A stretch of 63,612 nucleotides of DNA, filler included, from Choristocarpus tenellus KU-1152 (GCA_964200185.2; 9 parts of 9 records of this genome joined end to end with filler, not necessarily neighbours in it), one strand, 5' to 3'. Positions 13,101 through 26,061 are shown, counted from the first letter of the whole stretch. Program-made: numbers and translations. Notes: generated by a model not told the origin, from the sequence alone.

Positions 13101-16100
13101 CAGCCAATTCTTGTACCCCCTAGAGTTCAAATATGTGGAGGTATACCCTCTTTTGACTACTTCTCTTTCCGTGGTCTATCACCCCATTTCGTTCTCAGGA
13201 GGATTTCAAACGAGGTGTGGAGGAGGCTTTGTCCAAACAGAGCTTGGAAGACATTCTTGAGCAAACTCTAACTGACATGGATGGAATGGAGGTGGTCCTT
13301 GGTTACAATCGATGTAAAGGTTAAGGGTGTAGGGGAAGTTTCTTGGAAAGCACACTACAGGCTCAATTGCGCATTTGGAATGTTGTTGTATTTCGAATAT
13401 TGCTCTTCGTACCATGTACCATAATCCACTGACCTCGGCATGGAGCTAAAGTGTTTTTAGAGGAGTCGATCAGATAGTCAACAGACAAAAGGTGCACAGC
13501 AGGCAGTACAAGAGAGTGATCTTCTATCGACATCAAACAAGATGTTCTTAAACAGAATGATGTAGACACTAATTCGATCAATGTTCATATCTTGGATTCA
13601 ATGAAAGTGTGAACCAGCACAATGGAGATACACAGTTGGATTTTAGTGGGCTTTGCATCCAATGGAATTATTATCTGAACATAGACTGGAAACCAAGCAG
13701 GTGGGCCTTCTGGGGGCTGGGGAGGCAATAGGTCTTGCTCTAAGTCCTCCAATGTTACAGGCACCAGGGGATGTGCACTATGGTGAGGCGTTCTCCATGG
13801 ACTTCACTCTTATTAATACATGTCAAGGGGTGAGTGAATGTTAGTGCGTAGGCTAGATATTGTCCTAGAGGTGTTAGAGATGCAATAGTTGCAGGTAGTG
13901 GAACATGCAATATATCCCATGGTACTCCTGTAGCACTGTCATGCTGGAGTATGTATGGACATGGAGATCACGGTGGCAATATGACCATTCACCTTTCGCA
14001 CTCTAAAGAGTAAGCAGGACCTTGATGATGCAACTGTCCAATATCTTTTGGTATTCCTATCCCTGGCCATACCCCCATACCTGTCCTCTACACAAAACTA
14101 GTTCATTCTTGATTCTCCATTCCACACCACTGGGTTCCTTATCTCCAACTTTTCAATCTGGCGAATGTTGCTTATGGGTCCACCTAGAGGATAATGCACA
14201 TATTCCTCTCTGTTATTCACTTATACCAGCCATTCTCTACATCCACCAACACATGTTTCATTATTATCCTGGTGATGTTCGAAAGGCTTCAGCTGAATTC
14301 AGCTTCACCTGTGGGTCATGTGTGTTGCGCGAAGCTTCCAGGATGGAAGACCCAGTACTAGGGTACAGTGGTGAAAAGGCAAGGAATTCAGAGTGTGTGT
14401 AGTACTAACGTCTGTGACAGCCGAAGTTTGCTCAAATCACCTACTGAATCCTCCAGTCAGCGAATCTCATTTGTACCCTTTTACTGTTTCAACATATCTC
14501 ACAGTCCTAGGATCTAGAATTCAAGTACTTTCTTCCTGCCATGTCATTCTATGCCCACATGTGCCAGTATTGACTGTTAAGGTCCAACACAATACCAAGT
14601 ACTCTAGGGCATCGGAAGAATATAACTATCTGAGCCAAAGTATCTTAGAGGGTAAAGTCGCGTCCATTTGGGGACCAAAATCCAATGTTTCGATTTCGAT
14701 GTAAATTTGGCCATCGTGTTTGTTAGGAAGTGTCAATATCCTTGTTCCGAAGATACATTTTCATAACGTACACATTTTACCTACTCCGAGATATTTTGGA
14801 GTAGAAAAATGTCATAAAACCACTGAAAGAAACCAAGCCCCAAATGGACAAACAGGGAAAAACTCGTACCCTCTAAGATACTTTCACACTCTGCATCAGC
14901 ACGTTGGGAACACAAAACAGTTTGTGTTTTGACCCAAAGTATCTGGGAGGGGGGGGTGAATCTACACCAGGGTGTCCATTTGGGGGAAAATCAGGAAAAG
15001 TGCATTTACATTATCCGTCCGACTCATGCAACCTAATCACCCAAGAATTGCGACATGAACAAATTGACCTCAAATTGACAGCCGCCAGCCCCACCCAGAT
15101 ACTTTGAGCCTTTGGTTCTGAATTCAGGGAGATAGAAGGCTACACAGAGGTCAAGCCATCTGCATTTGACTCCCCATACGTTCATGGACTCACAAGGCTA
15201 ACGTAATACAGCCAAATCGTTAGACTAGTTAGTCAACCATTGAGCTAACCTCCAACACCAAATATATATATTTTCTGCTTCACTACAAGAAAATTCTCTC
15301 TGCCGTACAATACATCCCTCATCAATCTGTTCTTGCAGGGGCTATGTTCCTATTCGCCAAGGTTTGGGGAAGAAGTAGAACTAGGACAGGCAATGCAAAG
15401 CGACTGCGAGGTGGAGGTCACTCCAATGTCAGGGGTTGTTACCGCAGGAGGCACCATCCACTGCACGGTATGCTTGGGAAATGTGATTGGTGGGGAAACA
15501 TAACCATGCAAGAATATATTTGAAGGGTGACTCCTCAACATCCTGTTCATCCTGAATATTATGCACCACTAAGTCTGATGTGGCCCTATTAGTGTACAGA
15601 AAACAGAGGTTATTGGCATTGTTTTGCTCCGTAAACTTCTTTTGATTCACACATGGATACATAAAATCAGGATGCTTCTGAAGTGATTTGTGATATGCTG
15701 CTATTCTTAACTGCTCTCCCCCACATACCTTACACTTCCACATCCTCCGCAGCTACAGCTGATGCCTCAGTCAGCATTCAGCGTTTGCTATTATGGTAAA
15801 TCTTCCCAAGTCATTTGTACCCACACTATCTGCCAATTTTTCCCCGCCCCTTCCTCTCTACCAACTGCTGTAGGGCAATGTACAGATTCAGGCATATTAT
15901 CCTTATCCTCAGTACACTCCATGTTGAAGTATATTGCGACTGGTTGGTAGATTTCACGTCAATGTACAGATCAGTGATACCTTGTGATAGTCAGGCTCTC
16001 ACATCAGGAGAAAACAAAGACAATATAACTGACTCAAAGTAACTGGGGGCGGGGCGGGGGGGGAATCTACACCAGGGTGTCCATTCGGCACTGACCAGGA

Positions 16101-17679
16101 AAAGTGGACTTACATTATCCATCTGACACATGCAACCAAATCACCCAAAATCGTGACAAGGAAAAAATGGACCCTGAATGGACAGCTACCACCCCCCCCA
16201 GATAATTTGGGCCAATAGTGCAATAATATCAAGTTGTCATTTGCTCGCATTATTATAGTGTTTCAAGATGAGAGTTTTCATTCAAAACTGTTTTGCATAG
16301 CATACGGTTAAACTGCATGACATTTCCTTAGTAACCCTAACCCTAATGCTACACATCACCGCACAAGCTTAAAAAACGATCCATACCCTTGTTGGCTGCA
16401 TACACTATATCCACAGATCAAAATAGTCCCATACATCCTTGGTCCCACAGTTGCCTGTGTACCCCTACTGGCCCCCGGAGCAGCCCTGAACGATCTGGGA
16501 GAGGAAATGTCCCTGTTCGTGGGCTTCACCTGTGTTGGTGGGAGGATTGCCATTGAGGTGTGAGTATTGCTAAACCATTAATATGATTAACATTACCTTA
16601 CTGGTCAATGGCGACTGCCTCCTATCTTCATCTGCATGTTCTTAGTCGGGTGGCAGCAAATACTGTAGTACATTTTTGCATGTTCTTCGAAGTTTTACAA
16701 GTTTTTAGAAAAACTACAGTGGTATTCTTCGTGATTTATGTCCTCTTTGATGCAACCTTGGTTGTATTGCAAGCATTACTAAAGAAAAAATGAAGGAAGG
16801 AAAATGGAAAGAATGGAAAGAATAGAAAAATAGAAAAAAAAAGTTCCTTCAGAGTGTAGTGGGGTAGAAGAAGTTTCCAAATCACCCACAAACCAACATC
16901 AGCTAAGGTTGTTGGTACATGTTGCACATCTGGCGTGCATTATGGGCGGCTCATACATGCAAGCAAATGCCTGTTTTTTTTGGTCTACAAAGGTGTTCAT
17001 TCTTCCTGTGTGCTCATGTGCTAGTACAACAAAATGTATTCCTGCTGTAGAGTAGTGTTAGGACAGAATATGTTTATTAATCTTTCGTAGAGATGGAAGA
17101 GTGGATAGAGGAGAGGACACAGGAGGTAGGGCAACGGTACTAGGCCAACTTCTCTTCCATCGACTGCTGCACCTACAATTGACCCTTCCATTTAATGAAG
17201 GCGTACTTGACCCCTTACTCCAACATGTCCAGTGTACTTTATGTACTGCACAACAATCCTACATCTGCAACGGATACCGTGCATACTCTTTTCAAAAATG
17301 TGGGGAATGACAAGTTGTAACAGCATCTTTTATCGGCTAGAACTGATGTCTTGCTCATTGAACAGAAAAACAGCACCAGCCCTTCTCGTGCTCCTCTGGA
17401 ACTTTGGACAGAATGCCTACAAGACTAACTGAGATTGGACCATCAATAGTACCAAAGGGTCCAAAGGTCACTGCCAATCCCTAAGCATATCCATGCCTAT
17501 ATATCCCTAATTTGACAACATGTTCTTAGCTTCTTAATGCAACGGATTCTTTGACCAATTCGTCTCAGGCTGGGGAAGTTGATCTCGGACTGATTACTGT
17601 GGGGACATCCAAGGGCAGTGATTTCAGGGTTCGAAATGTCGGCTCAATACCCGTTGCATTCGCCTTCTCTCAGGTTCAG
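1119..17679 (+). CDS. DLEC1: DLEC1/CFAP81 (FAP81)-like cilia/flagella protein with tandem Ig-like ASH/Hydin-type domains; internal part of a multi-exon gene, with 5' and 3' ends outside the contig
   Basis: Exons reconstructed by hand with matching phases: 1119-1283, 2688-2855, 3550-3672, 4263-4433, 7342-7439, 8132-8368, 8656-8792, 9370-9564, 10329-10566, 11787-11954, 13199-~13291, ~13701-13829, ~14286-~14390, 15339-15467, 16417-16557, 17569-17679. The joined peptide has DLEC1-like motifs in the expected order: LAPGMGARVLIDFYPNSLGDYQDALTV, VPIWAHRRRPKL, GCLLGG..TRFTVRNRGG, GPFALFP, FVMLQDNCEV (cf. FIIxCDNCQI), LHFGP...LSLRNGT...HWDI, PFSIVPARSTL....FHLKFQP, VEVTPMSGVV, VDLGLITVG....FRVRNVGSIP. 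Boundaries in the 13.2-14.4 kb part are less certain. Confidence 0.85.
4676..4969. mobile_element. MITE family D (294 bp), TSD tga/tga
   Basis: GAGTCAAATCAATCGAGAGGTAG ... CTACCTCTCAGTTGGTTTGACTC; related copies at 37242-37501 and ~60800-60973. Confidence 0.75.
5120..5374. mobile_element. MITE family B (~255 bp)
   Basis: GAGTGAAAGTATCTTAGAGGGTA ... TACCCTCTAGTACTTTCACTC; flanks tga/tta; internal sequence shared with at least 8 other copies. Confidence 0.85.
6102..6283. mobile_element. MITE family A (~180 bp), TSD act/act
   Basis: GACCCAAAGTATCTGGGGGGG ... CCCCCTCCAGATACTTTGAGCC. Confidence 0.88.
11406..11658. mobile_element. MITE family B, diverged copy
   Basis: Shares the internal core (gagttttgccctg..., ggatattgacacttgctaacaaacacga) and ends GCTCTACCCTCTTAATGCTTTGGGTC. 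Confidence 0.75.
12726..12755 (+). repeat. Interstitial telomere-like (CCCTAA)5
   Basis: ccctaaccctaaccctaaccctaaccctaa in a DLEC1 intron. Confidence 0.9.
14632..14889. mobile_element. MITE family B, TSD tct/tct
   Basis: GAGCCAAAGTATCTTAGAGGGTA ... TACCCTCTAAGATACTTTCACAC; opposite orientation to the 5120 copy. Confidence 0.88.
14931..15110. mobile_element. MITE family A, TSD ttt/ttt
   Basis: GACCCAAAGTATCTGGG ... CCCAGATACTTTGAGCC. Confidence 0.88.
16031..16213. mobile_element. MITE family A
   Basis: GACTCAAAGTAACTGGGGG ... CCCCCAGATAATTTGGGCC; flanks act/aat. Confidence 0.85.
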
Positions 17680-17996
17680 GTATGCAAGAAGAAATCAATT
17701 TGGCATGTTGCATTGCACTTGAGTACTTCAGAATAATATACTGTCCATTCAACATTTTTTTTATGTCTATGTACGCACTGTAGCACTCACTGCAAAGCTC
17801 AAGGTTGCTGGTACTGGATATAAAAGGTGACTTGGTTATAGAGATTTGACCTTAGGTGATTGAGACAAGCAAATGATATTAGTTGAGACCACAGCTCATG
17901 TCGTTTTGTGCTATGTAGAGCAGGGTAGGGAAAGCCATCTGTGGTAAGGATTGGGATTAAATGTGGTTCTCTTTTCTCCATGCTTGATAGAGGAGA

Positions 17997-18075
17997 GTGT
18001 CAAAGTATCTGGGGGGTCGGATTTGAAATGTCAGCAAAAAAAAAGTTGTTTGACCGAAACGGACGCCCCCTCACA
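17997..18075. mobile_element. MITE family A-variant (E), truncated at contig end
   Basis: CAAAGTATCTGGGGG terminus; internal sequence matches the reverse complement of 38158-38210. Confidence 0.6.
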
Positions 18076-18175
18076 NNNNNNNNNNNNNNNNNNNNNNNNN
18101 NNNNNNNNNNNNNNNNNNNTTAATTAATTAANNNNNNNNNNNNNNNNNNNNNNNNNNNNNNNNNNNNNNNNNNNN
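18076..18175. other. Artificial contig spacer
   Basis: N44-TTAATTAATTAA-N44 (stops in all six frames). Identical spacers at 25777-25876, 28826-28925, 38058-38157, 42656-42755, 50438-50537, 57892-57991 and 60699-60798. Confidence 0.97.
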
Positions 18176-18570
18176 TGAGGGGCGCCTGTAACACCATTTC
18201 CCATCTACGACAGATAGTGTTTACTCATACATAAGTGGCTCTCTCAAGACGTGTCATACGTTTTAAGCTGGAGACACCAGGGAGATGGGCAAGAAGGAGC
18301 CTGTCAGGTTCTTGGGATGCTTCCCTAGCTCCTTGCCCTGTAGTGTAGGGTTAAGCTAGGTTGGAGACATAGCAGCAGTGTACACATCACGTTGTAATTA
18401 CGAGCTATAATAAGAGTGGTGTAGTATAGCTGGTAGTCAAATAGTTAATAGATTTTGGAGAGATATCTTTCACATTTACGAAAATTGTTACTTTTACAAG
18501 GGTCCTTGTGATATTGAATTGACTTTTCCCCTGATACTTCTGCAAAATGTCAGAGGGCATAATAATATAT
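18176..18570 (+). mobile_element. 3' fragment of RLE-type (CRE-like) non-LTR retrotransposon
   Basis: Aligns by eye with 39570-39910 and 42120-42260 (…acgacagatagtg…caagtggc…agacgtgtcat.cgttttaagct…caccagggagatgggc…); ends in the common 3' hairpin plus an ATAATA tail. Confidence 0.75.
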
Positions 18571-19545
18571 ATAAGAACAACATTCAATACAGCCACAACA
18601 TTGCACGACTACTGCTGTTGCGCCATAACTGATAGTAGAAGAATGTGGTATAGAGACTCTATAGGAAGGGAATGGAATAAGGTCAAAAAGAGTAGTTACC
18701 TGTCTGTGCAGGAGAAAGCGTTTTCTCTGGTGTTGCAGTTGATTGCCATTATTTACACCCCCAAATCGCAAAATTGTCCTGGAGAAGAAGGAATACGATT
18801 TTTTTAATGCGGTGATGGAGATTACTATACTGTAGTGACCAAGCCCTGTTTCCATTCTGCCTTCAAAGCACCAATTTAGGAGAAGTTTAGCTGTACTTAT
18901 CTTCGTAGGTTTCCTGTTTTCTTGTTTTCTTGTTTCAAATATACCTCTTGTTGGTGCAACTTCCCTGCAGTAAGCAATATAGAATCTGTCATTGAAAACA
19001 AAACTAGAAACAGTTGACCCACATTCCGCATCGAATTTCGAATACTATATTTAAGGGGGTCACAAAATATCAATTATGTCGTTGTTGTGTTTGTTATTTC
19101 CTTACATTAAATTTATATGTTTCATCTTTCTCGTGAAGATAACATCTTCCATTGTTATGTGATCCAATATTACTACTAATAACAAATATTACTTTTTAAT
19201 TTTGTCCCCAATAGCATTTTGCGGACCTTTTCATGTCAGCAGGACAAGAAGCATCGTACAAGGCAGAACACAACAAGGAGGACAGCAACAGACCCTGTAC
19301 TGCTGTCAAGAAATGCCTTGCTACATACACACTATGGCCCCTCCCTGTTGAAAAATGTAAAAGTGAGGAAGGGGTAGCGTTGAGGAGAAGTAATAAACAC
19401 ATAGAAGAGAAAAAAGAGAACTATATAGGATATTTGCGTAAGAAAGAATGTTGATACAGAATAGACTAATATTGATGGGAATCATCACGTATCTTTAGGA
19501 GTGTATATATATTAAAAAAAACCAAGTTTGTACTATGCAGTGGTC

Positions 19546-19617
19546 GGCTTAGTGGTATAATGGTTAGCATCCGCCCCTGTCACGGGTGAGATTCGGGTTC
19601 GATTCCCGGCGAGGTCG
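19546..19617 (+). tRNA. tRNA-Asp (anticodon GTC)
   Basis: 72-nt cloverleaf: A-box TGGTATAATGG; anticodon arm CGCCC-CTGTCAC-GGGTG; T arm TCGGG-TTCGATT-CCCGG; discriminator G; T5 Pol III terminator ~10 nt downstream. The acceptor stem has one A:G mismatch. Confidence 0.9.
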
Positions 19618-22600
19618 TAGAGTAAGTTTTTGTCCTCCTATTGACTAGGTGACTAGCGTACATTATTATTCTGACCAAAAAAATTCGACACAAATGTTTT
19701 CGTGCAGATATAATTTAACATACAACATGCTTCATCAGCCCATGGTCAAAGACAATGTGCCACAAGTGAAATGATACAAAAGAGGAGCTTATATATACCA
19801 AAAATCATAGGTATTCTTGAAAAAAAGAGGCTACAAAGATGGTACAACACGCTCCAAAGCTTACTCCACGGGATGTATTGTTCCAACCCACCGCCTAAGA
19901 TGGCACTGATGCCTGTACAGGACTCCTCGGATACTCCGACAGCCAAAAAGGTTCAACGAGGATGGTGAATATCAGGTCAGCAGGTGAAGGTATACTTATG
20001 AGTCAATGAGAACATCTATGGAAAAAACTTGAGAAATATTAGAGGTGGGTATCTCTTTGTTCGTCATTTATTTATTCCAGTTTAGAGACGTTGAAATACA
20101 TCTGAAAATTGTTGTATATATTCTCAAGTTACAAATCTTACTCTGCAACATTTAGCAAATCGGAGTTCCCTTTTTCGGAGTTCCACACGCGCGTACACTG
20201 CTTGCGCTGGTTAGAGCGTGGGAATAAATACTTGCGCTATTCGTCTATTATAACGTGCCCCTCAGCGAGAACTAGATATACATGTTTCACACTTACCACA
20301 GATGATTGTCACGGATTAAGGCAATTTATATCGTCCATCACCTCAGATCATCCTGCAGCAGCATGTATTGGTTGCCACTAGATCACAGCGGGACTCCAGT
20401 AGTTCCACATTTGCCAATTGTTTCCAATAATGGTCGACATATCTCCTAGTTTCTTGTGGGAATGAATCCCCAAAGATCGTAAGACAATCAGATTCAATAC
20501 ATGTTTGACCAAATCCGAGTATATACTTTCATTAAAAAAATGTATAACTCCGACTAGGGCCAAAAAAGATCAACACATATCCTTTTTTTGCTTGGGAGAA
20601 TCTGTCCCAAGGGTCACAGCATATCATCGGAGTCGGTTTGCATATGACGTAATCCGAGAATACACTTGTTACTTCTGAAACACACCTTCAAAAGTTACAA
20701 AGCATATATCTCCGACATGGCCTAGAATAAATGGGTCCCCAGTCCCGATCCCCATAATTACAAACGTGATTAATTTATGTCATGTTCCCTTTAGAAGTGT
20801 CTGTCCACAAGGTCACAGGATACAATCTCAGTCAAATTGCGTCTAACCTAATCCGAGTATACACTTGTTCTTTCTGAACCAGACCAAAAGTTGCAAAGTA
20901 TATTGCTCTGATCAGGTCCTTGTTGCAGTAACACTTAATATCATACTGAACTGTACACGAGTAGTTACATAATAGGGATAACCCAAGAAAACTTGTAAGT
21001 AAAGAAATATGTATGTGGAGTTAGATGGAGTTATTTGAAGAATCTCTTCCACAAGCCAAGTGAGTGTACGGGGTGGTAATTACGAGATTCCTCGTGGAAA
21101 ATGATGGGCCAGGTAGGACCTTTCAAATACTGCAATCCGCCAAGTATAGCTTAATGGTGGCGTCAAGAAAAGTGACTGTGGCTATTCCTTGAGGAACATA
21201 TGATATATGTGACGACCATGCTTCAATGCGTTTCCAAATCTAATATCTGGAAGCGCACAAAAACATCATACCGTAGGTAGAGCTCTTGTTACAGGCGACA
21301 TGTCTTGATGGTGGCTTCATAATTTTTTTAATTTGAGGAATCTATTGCAGACTCCCAGTGCTTCCTCAACAAACAGAAACACTACAGGAGGGAATTTGCA
21401 GGGAGGTGTAGGAAGGGACAAGGAATTAGACCTGATTTCATGTATTAATTAGTTGTACTCCGAGCTGTGTTGTCTACTGAGAGCAACTGGTGACTCCTCT
21501 GAAATAGCACAACAACGAAAACATGTCCATTGCACCCAATCCTCACTTCTTTAACGAAATATACGCATCATATACTTATATACCAACTGATGCATGCCCC
21601 GTCCAGCCAAACCCAGTATACTCTTGGCCTGAACAGTGGTGGGAAGAATATCCAAAGAAAAAATAACAAGAAGCTCTCTTGAGACAACAAAGAGCATCAA
21701 CACTAACTCATCATAAACCAGAACGACCATGCACACACCATACACAGTTTCATTTTCTTCTACCTAGAGTGTGCCGCACCTATACAACTCAGCTCTCACA
21801 ACATATCCAACTGCACTACAAGCACTCACCCTTTATTCTACAGCACAAAAGATGCTCACATGCCCACAAATAAAGATCTACATTGAACGATGATGCCAAG
21901 CTAAAGGAAGCAAACATATCATCCACTGCCCTGTACTCAAAGATCCTTCTCGATCTATGTACAACAAAAAGTACCTATCACGGCATGATAAGTAATGTAC
22001 AACAGTAGCTCGCTTCTCCCCTTATCACAAGAAAAAGCTTGCCCTATCCCCCACCTCGCAATACTTAAGTAGTGTTTAGCTGGTGAAGGGCTTGGCACTT
22101 TGGCAGCACAGCCTCATCGGGAGTGCTGCTTGAATCTACAAGGTACAACTATACACCCTCCACAAATATAACCATTGCTCTATCACACAGGAAAAGCATG
22201 CAAGTGCCTTCTTCCAGTCCTAATGCACCCAATGATTCATTTTGTTCCACTCAAGTTGTTCAGTCTCCAAGGGAACAAATCCAATCCAAGACCTCATTCT
22301 GTACTACTCTTACATACAATACTAATACTCTGAAAAAGCAAGAAATGCTACCACTTCAACCCTGCACCTACAAACTAACAGACGAGTCTCACTCTTCAAC
22401 ATTTCTTCAGTGACTTCATTAACAAATCCACATAGCTGGTGACTCTTAATAACCAAGGGTAGTGCCAAAGGACTTACTCCTTGTCTTGCACCAAGACTGT
22501 GTCCCCCACAGTGATCACCTCTTGCCTGGTGGGTGAACATGGATTGACACCGAACTTTGGAAAAACGATACATATAGCGGCAAATACCTCCAATACAGTA

Positions 22601-25554
22601 ATCAAACTTCCCCTCCATTTCCCCTCCATCCCCTCTTACCTAATTTAGAGAGCAATGGGCAATCTTATACAACCCCCATCTTCAGCAGTCCGACAACAAC
22701 TGGGGGGTGAGCATGCTTACACCAATCAACGATCCACATCCAAGAACAGGTCGTGTTTGTCACTAACTCAATCACCCCCTTCAACAAGCCCATGATGCAC
22801 TAAACTGAACCACAGTCCAATGAGTGAGTTCCTTATGTCAAACCTTCACAAACATGTACATGTACTGTGATTGCCTATCTGCACTCCCTACTCAACCAAT
22901 ACAATAAAGAAAGCATGCAGCACACAACCAAAGAAAATACAAGGTAACCAATCACCATTTCGAAGTTCAACATTGAAAACAGGGGACCGAAAAGATGCGA
23001 GGGAAGAGAGGATAGGTTTAGCGTGCCTCTGCAAGCATGGATGCTGGATTCTCCAAGTATCGTTTCCAGAGGTTTGAAAAGGAGGCAATGGTACTCCCAT
23101 CTATCACACGGTGATCAGCAGACCAGGATACAGGGAACAGTGAATAGGGAAACAGATTGCCTGACTTGTCGTAACGAGGCACTTTTTGAATGCGACCCAG
23201 TGCTCCAATGCACACCTAATGTTAAATGCATGTTAGGGCAGTGGTTTGGTGCAACATCACAGCAAATGTTGGGTATGTTTATGGATTTATTATTTATGCT
23301 TTACCTACTGTTCACCCCAGACAAGAACTTCGTTGCAAGGGGAGATAAGGTATGAGTGAGAGGGGGAAGAGAGGAAAGAAGAGGTCAGGGGAGGGGAGAG
23401 GAGGGCGAAGACATTTCGGAATATGAAAAACTGGGAATGTGTATCACACTCTTCGACTTTTGGGTACCATGGAGATTAAAATATCTAATAACTTGTTTAC
23501 AGACTTGAGTACCTTTCACTCCCCATTCTTAGTTTGCTTGTATTTCTACTATTGTACCGTTTTGTAACGCTAAGTCCAATCGGAACACCGATAATTGTCT
23601 AAGGGAAGCAAGAAGAAAGCGATCCTACCTGTAGAAATGCACTGGATACGATTCTACAGTAAAGGTAATATCGGTTTTCCCCCAGCAAGCTTTGTCTAAC
23701 TATATAAAACAGTAAATGCAATAATGAGATATGTTGACACTGTGACAGCCATCGTTTTATTTTCTCAAGTAATGTAACAGTTGTGGAGGGAATTTCGACT
23801 GTACCTTTGGTTCTACAAAAACACGAATATATACAAGAATAGATTTACAGTAGTAGAGTTGTGATTGTAGTTTTCATGTGGCCTCACAGTATGTTCCAGT
23901 CTACGGTTGTTGTTTTGACTTCACAGCAGTACAGTCAGTTGCAGTTTTGGTTTTGACAGTACAGTCATGATAGTAATTATCTTAATTATTGTTGGTGACT
24001 GGAGATGCAGAATTGACCGCATAGTTTGTGGGTAACAAGGATATTGTGTGGAGGGAAGGAAGAAGTGGTGTCAAATTGGCTGAGGAGGAGGAGAGTGAAT
24101 GGAAGGCTAAGGCAAGGGTACTTAATCCAGAATTCGTGCCAAAAAAAGCAAAACACATAATCGTACACAATATGTAGTATTATATTTAGTGCGTGGATCT
24201 AGATTTAAAATATGTACAGTATTCTTCATCGAATAATTTACACGAAAATATTTGTACTATGTAATAGCACAATACCTTCAACATTTGTATTTGTGTATTT
24301 TACGGTCAGTGTACCACTGGACAGTACGGTTACCGTTTCTGCGAAACAACGCAGAAACGGTTGTGCTACTGTCACGGTTACTTGAAAAAATGGACAGTGG
24401 TATAGTTGTTGTACTAGAAGATTACTATCTGGACGTGAAGGTAGGGTAGAGTGAACAACACCCATGGTCGCAACAGCATCATTGGGGAATTCTTAAGGTT
24501 GCGCACGGTTTTTCAATGTCTGCACAGTCGCCAACAGTCAGTTGTAGATTTCCGACGGTAAGGTTGCGGTATATACCAACCGCCAACATTTCCCCCAACT
24601 GTAACTGTAACCGTAACCGCAAAACAACGGTGGGTTTTATTGTGTAACAGCTGTGTAGGACCTGTAATAAACAGCAATTCAAGGTTGTAGCGCAGCTCAC
24701 GGATGTATAGTGTAAAGTGTATCGTACGACAGCATCTAAGGCTACATGGAGCAAACCATGAGTATATAATCATACTGAGGATATACACTTCCCCTCTTAG
24801 ATTCAAAAACAAGAACAACCTGACAAAAAAAGGCAGTGAAGAAAATCCTAACCCACAAAACCCTTGCCCATCTATCTCAACTATTTTCTTGTGTAGAAAT
24901 GATAGGGAAGAGGGTCATGGGAGGCAAGGCGAATCATTACAAAGGAAATCAAACTAACCTGAGGCGAAACTATGATGGGGGAGGCATAGGTGCCACCAAT
25001 GCTCCCGATGTTTGATAGCCTGACACACACACACGGCAAGGAAGGAGTTCGCAAGTGGGGTGCACAATTTCTGGATAGATGAGGGCGGTAGACAAATAAA
25101 GGTATATGGTAATATTTGTATTTCTTTATTCCTAAAACAGCACTATATATGTGTACAATATATCGATCACCTCACAAGAGTCAAAGAACATACCGATGCC
25201 TCAAAAAAAAAGAAATTATCTAGAAAATAGTACCAAATCAATTCTAAGGAGAAGTGACAAACAAAACACACCGACTCTATCGACGAATTTCCTCTTTTGA
25301 CTTATACACCAAGATCCGTTTCAACTATTCAATACGCAAAATGTTTTCTCAGCCAGGAGGGCCAATTTGATCATTCGTAGGTCACACAAAGAGGGGATTA
25401 AGACAAGCCAACAAATGTGAGCACTAAGAGGGGATTACCACGATTTGTTAAATGATGTATTCGGCAGTGGGGTCAAACACAGATCAAGACATGGTCTCAA
25501 AAGCAGAAATTTCTCAAGCTGGGAGGTTCTGATCGAATACATACATGCATAGGT

Positions 25555-25632
25555 ATATATATATATATATTAGATAGTATGAGAATATATATATTAGATA
25601 GTATGAGAATATATATATTAGATAGTATGAGA
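25555..25632. repeat. Minisatellite, 3 copies of ~24-26 bp (AT)n-TAGATAGTATGAGA
   Basis: Read directly from the sequence. Confidence 0.85.
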
Positions 25633-25710
25633 AGTAGCGCGGTGTGTAGTGCCTCAGAACATGGGTTAGGGAAGTCCTTCAGCTAAAGCAATAGTAATAA
25701 TATATAAAAT

Positions 25711-25776
25711 GAGTTAAAGTATCTTAGAGGGTACGAGTTTTGCCCTGTTTGTCCATTTGGGGCTTGGCTTCTCATG
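25711..25776. mobile_element. MITE family B, truncated at contig end
   Basis: GAGTTAAAGTATCTTAGAGGGTACGAGTTTTGCCCTG. Confidence 0.8.
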
Positions 25777-25876
25777 NNNNNNNNNNNNNNNNNNNNNNNN
25801 NNNNNNNNNNNNNNNNNNNNTTAATTAATTAANNNNNNNNNNNNNNNNNNNNNNNNNNNNNNNNNNNNNNNNNNNN

Positions 25877-26061
25877 TTTGGCTTTTGTGTTTGTTAGGAA
25901 GTGTAAATATCCATGTTCTGGACACACCGTTTCATATCATATACATTTTACCTACTCCTAAACATTTTGGAGTAGAAAAATGGGATGAAAACCCCCAAGA
26001 GAAGCCAAGCCTCAAATGGACAAACAGGGCAAAACTCGTACCCTCTAAGATACTTTCACTC
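25877..26061. mobile_element. MITE family B, truncated at contig start
   Basis: Ends CTCGTACCCTCTAAGATACTTTCACTC; a further partial copy at ~26526-26660. Confidence 0.8.
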
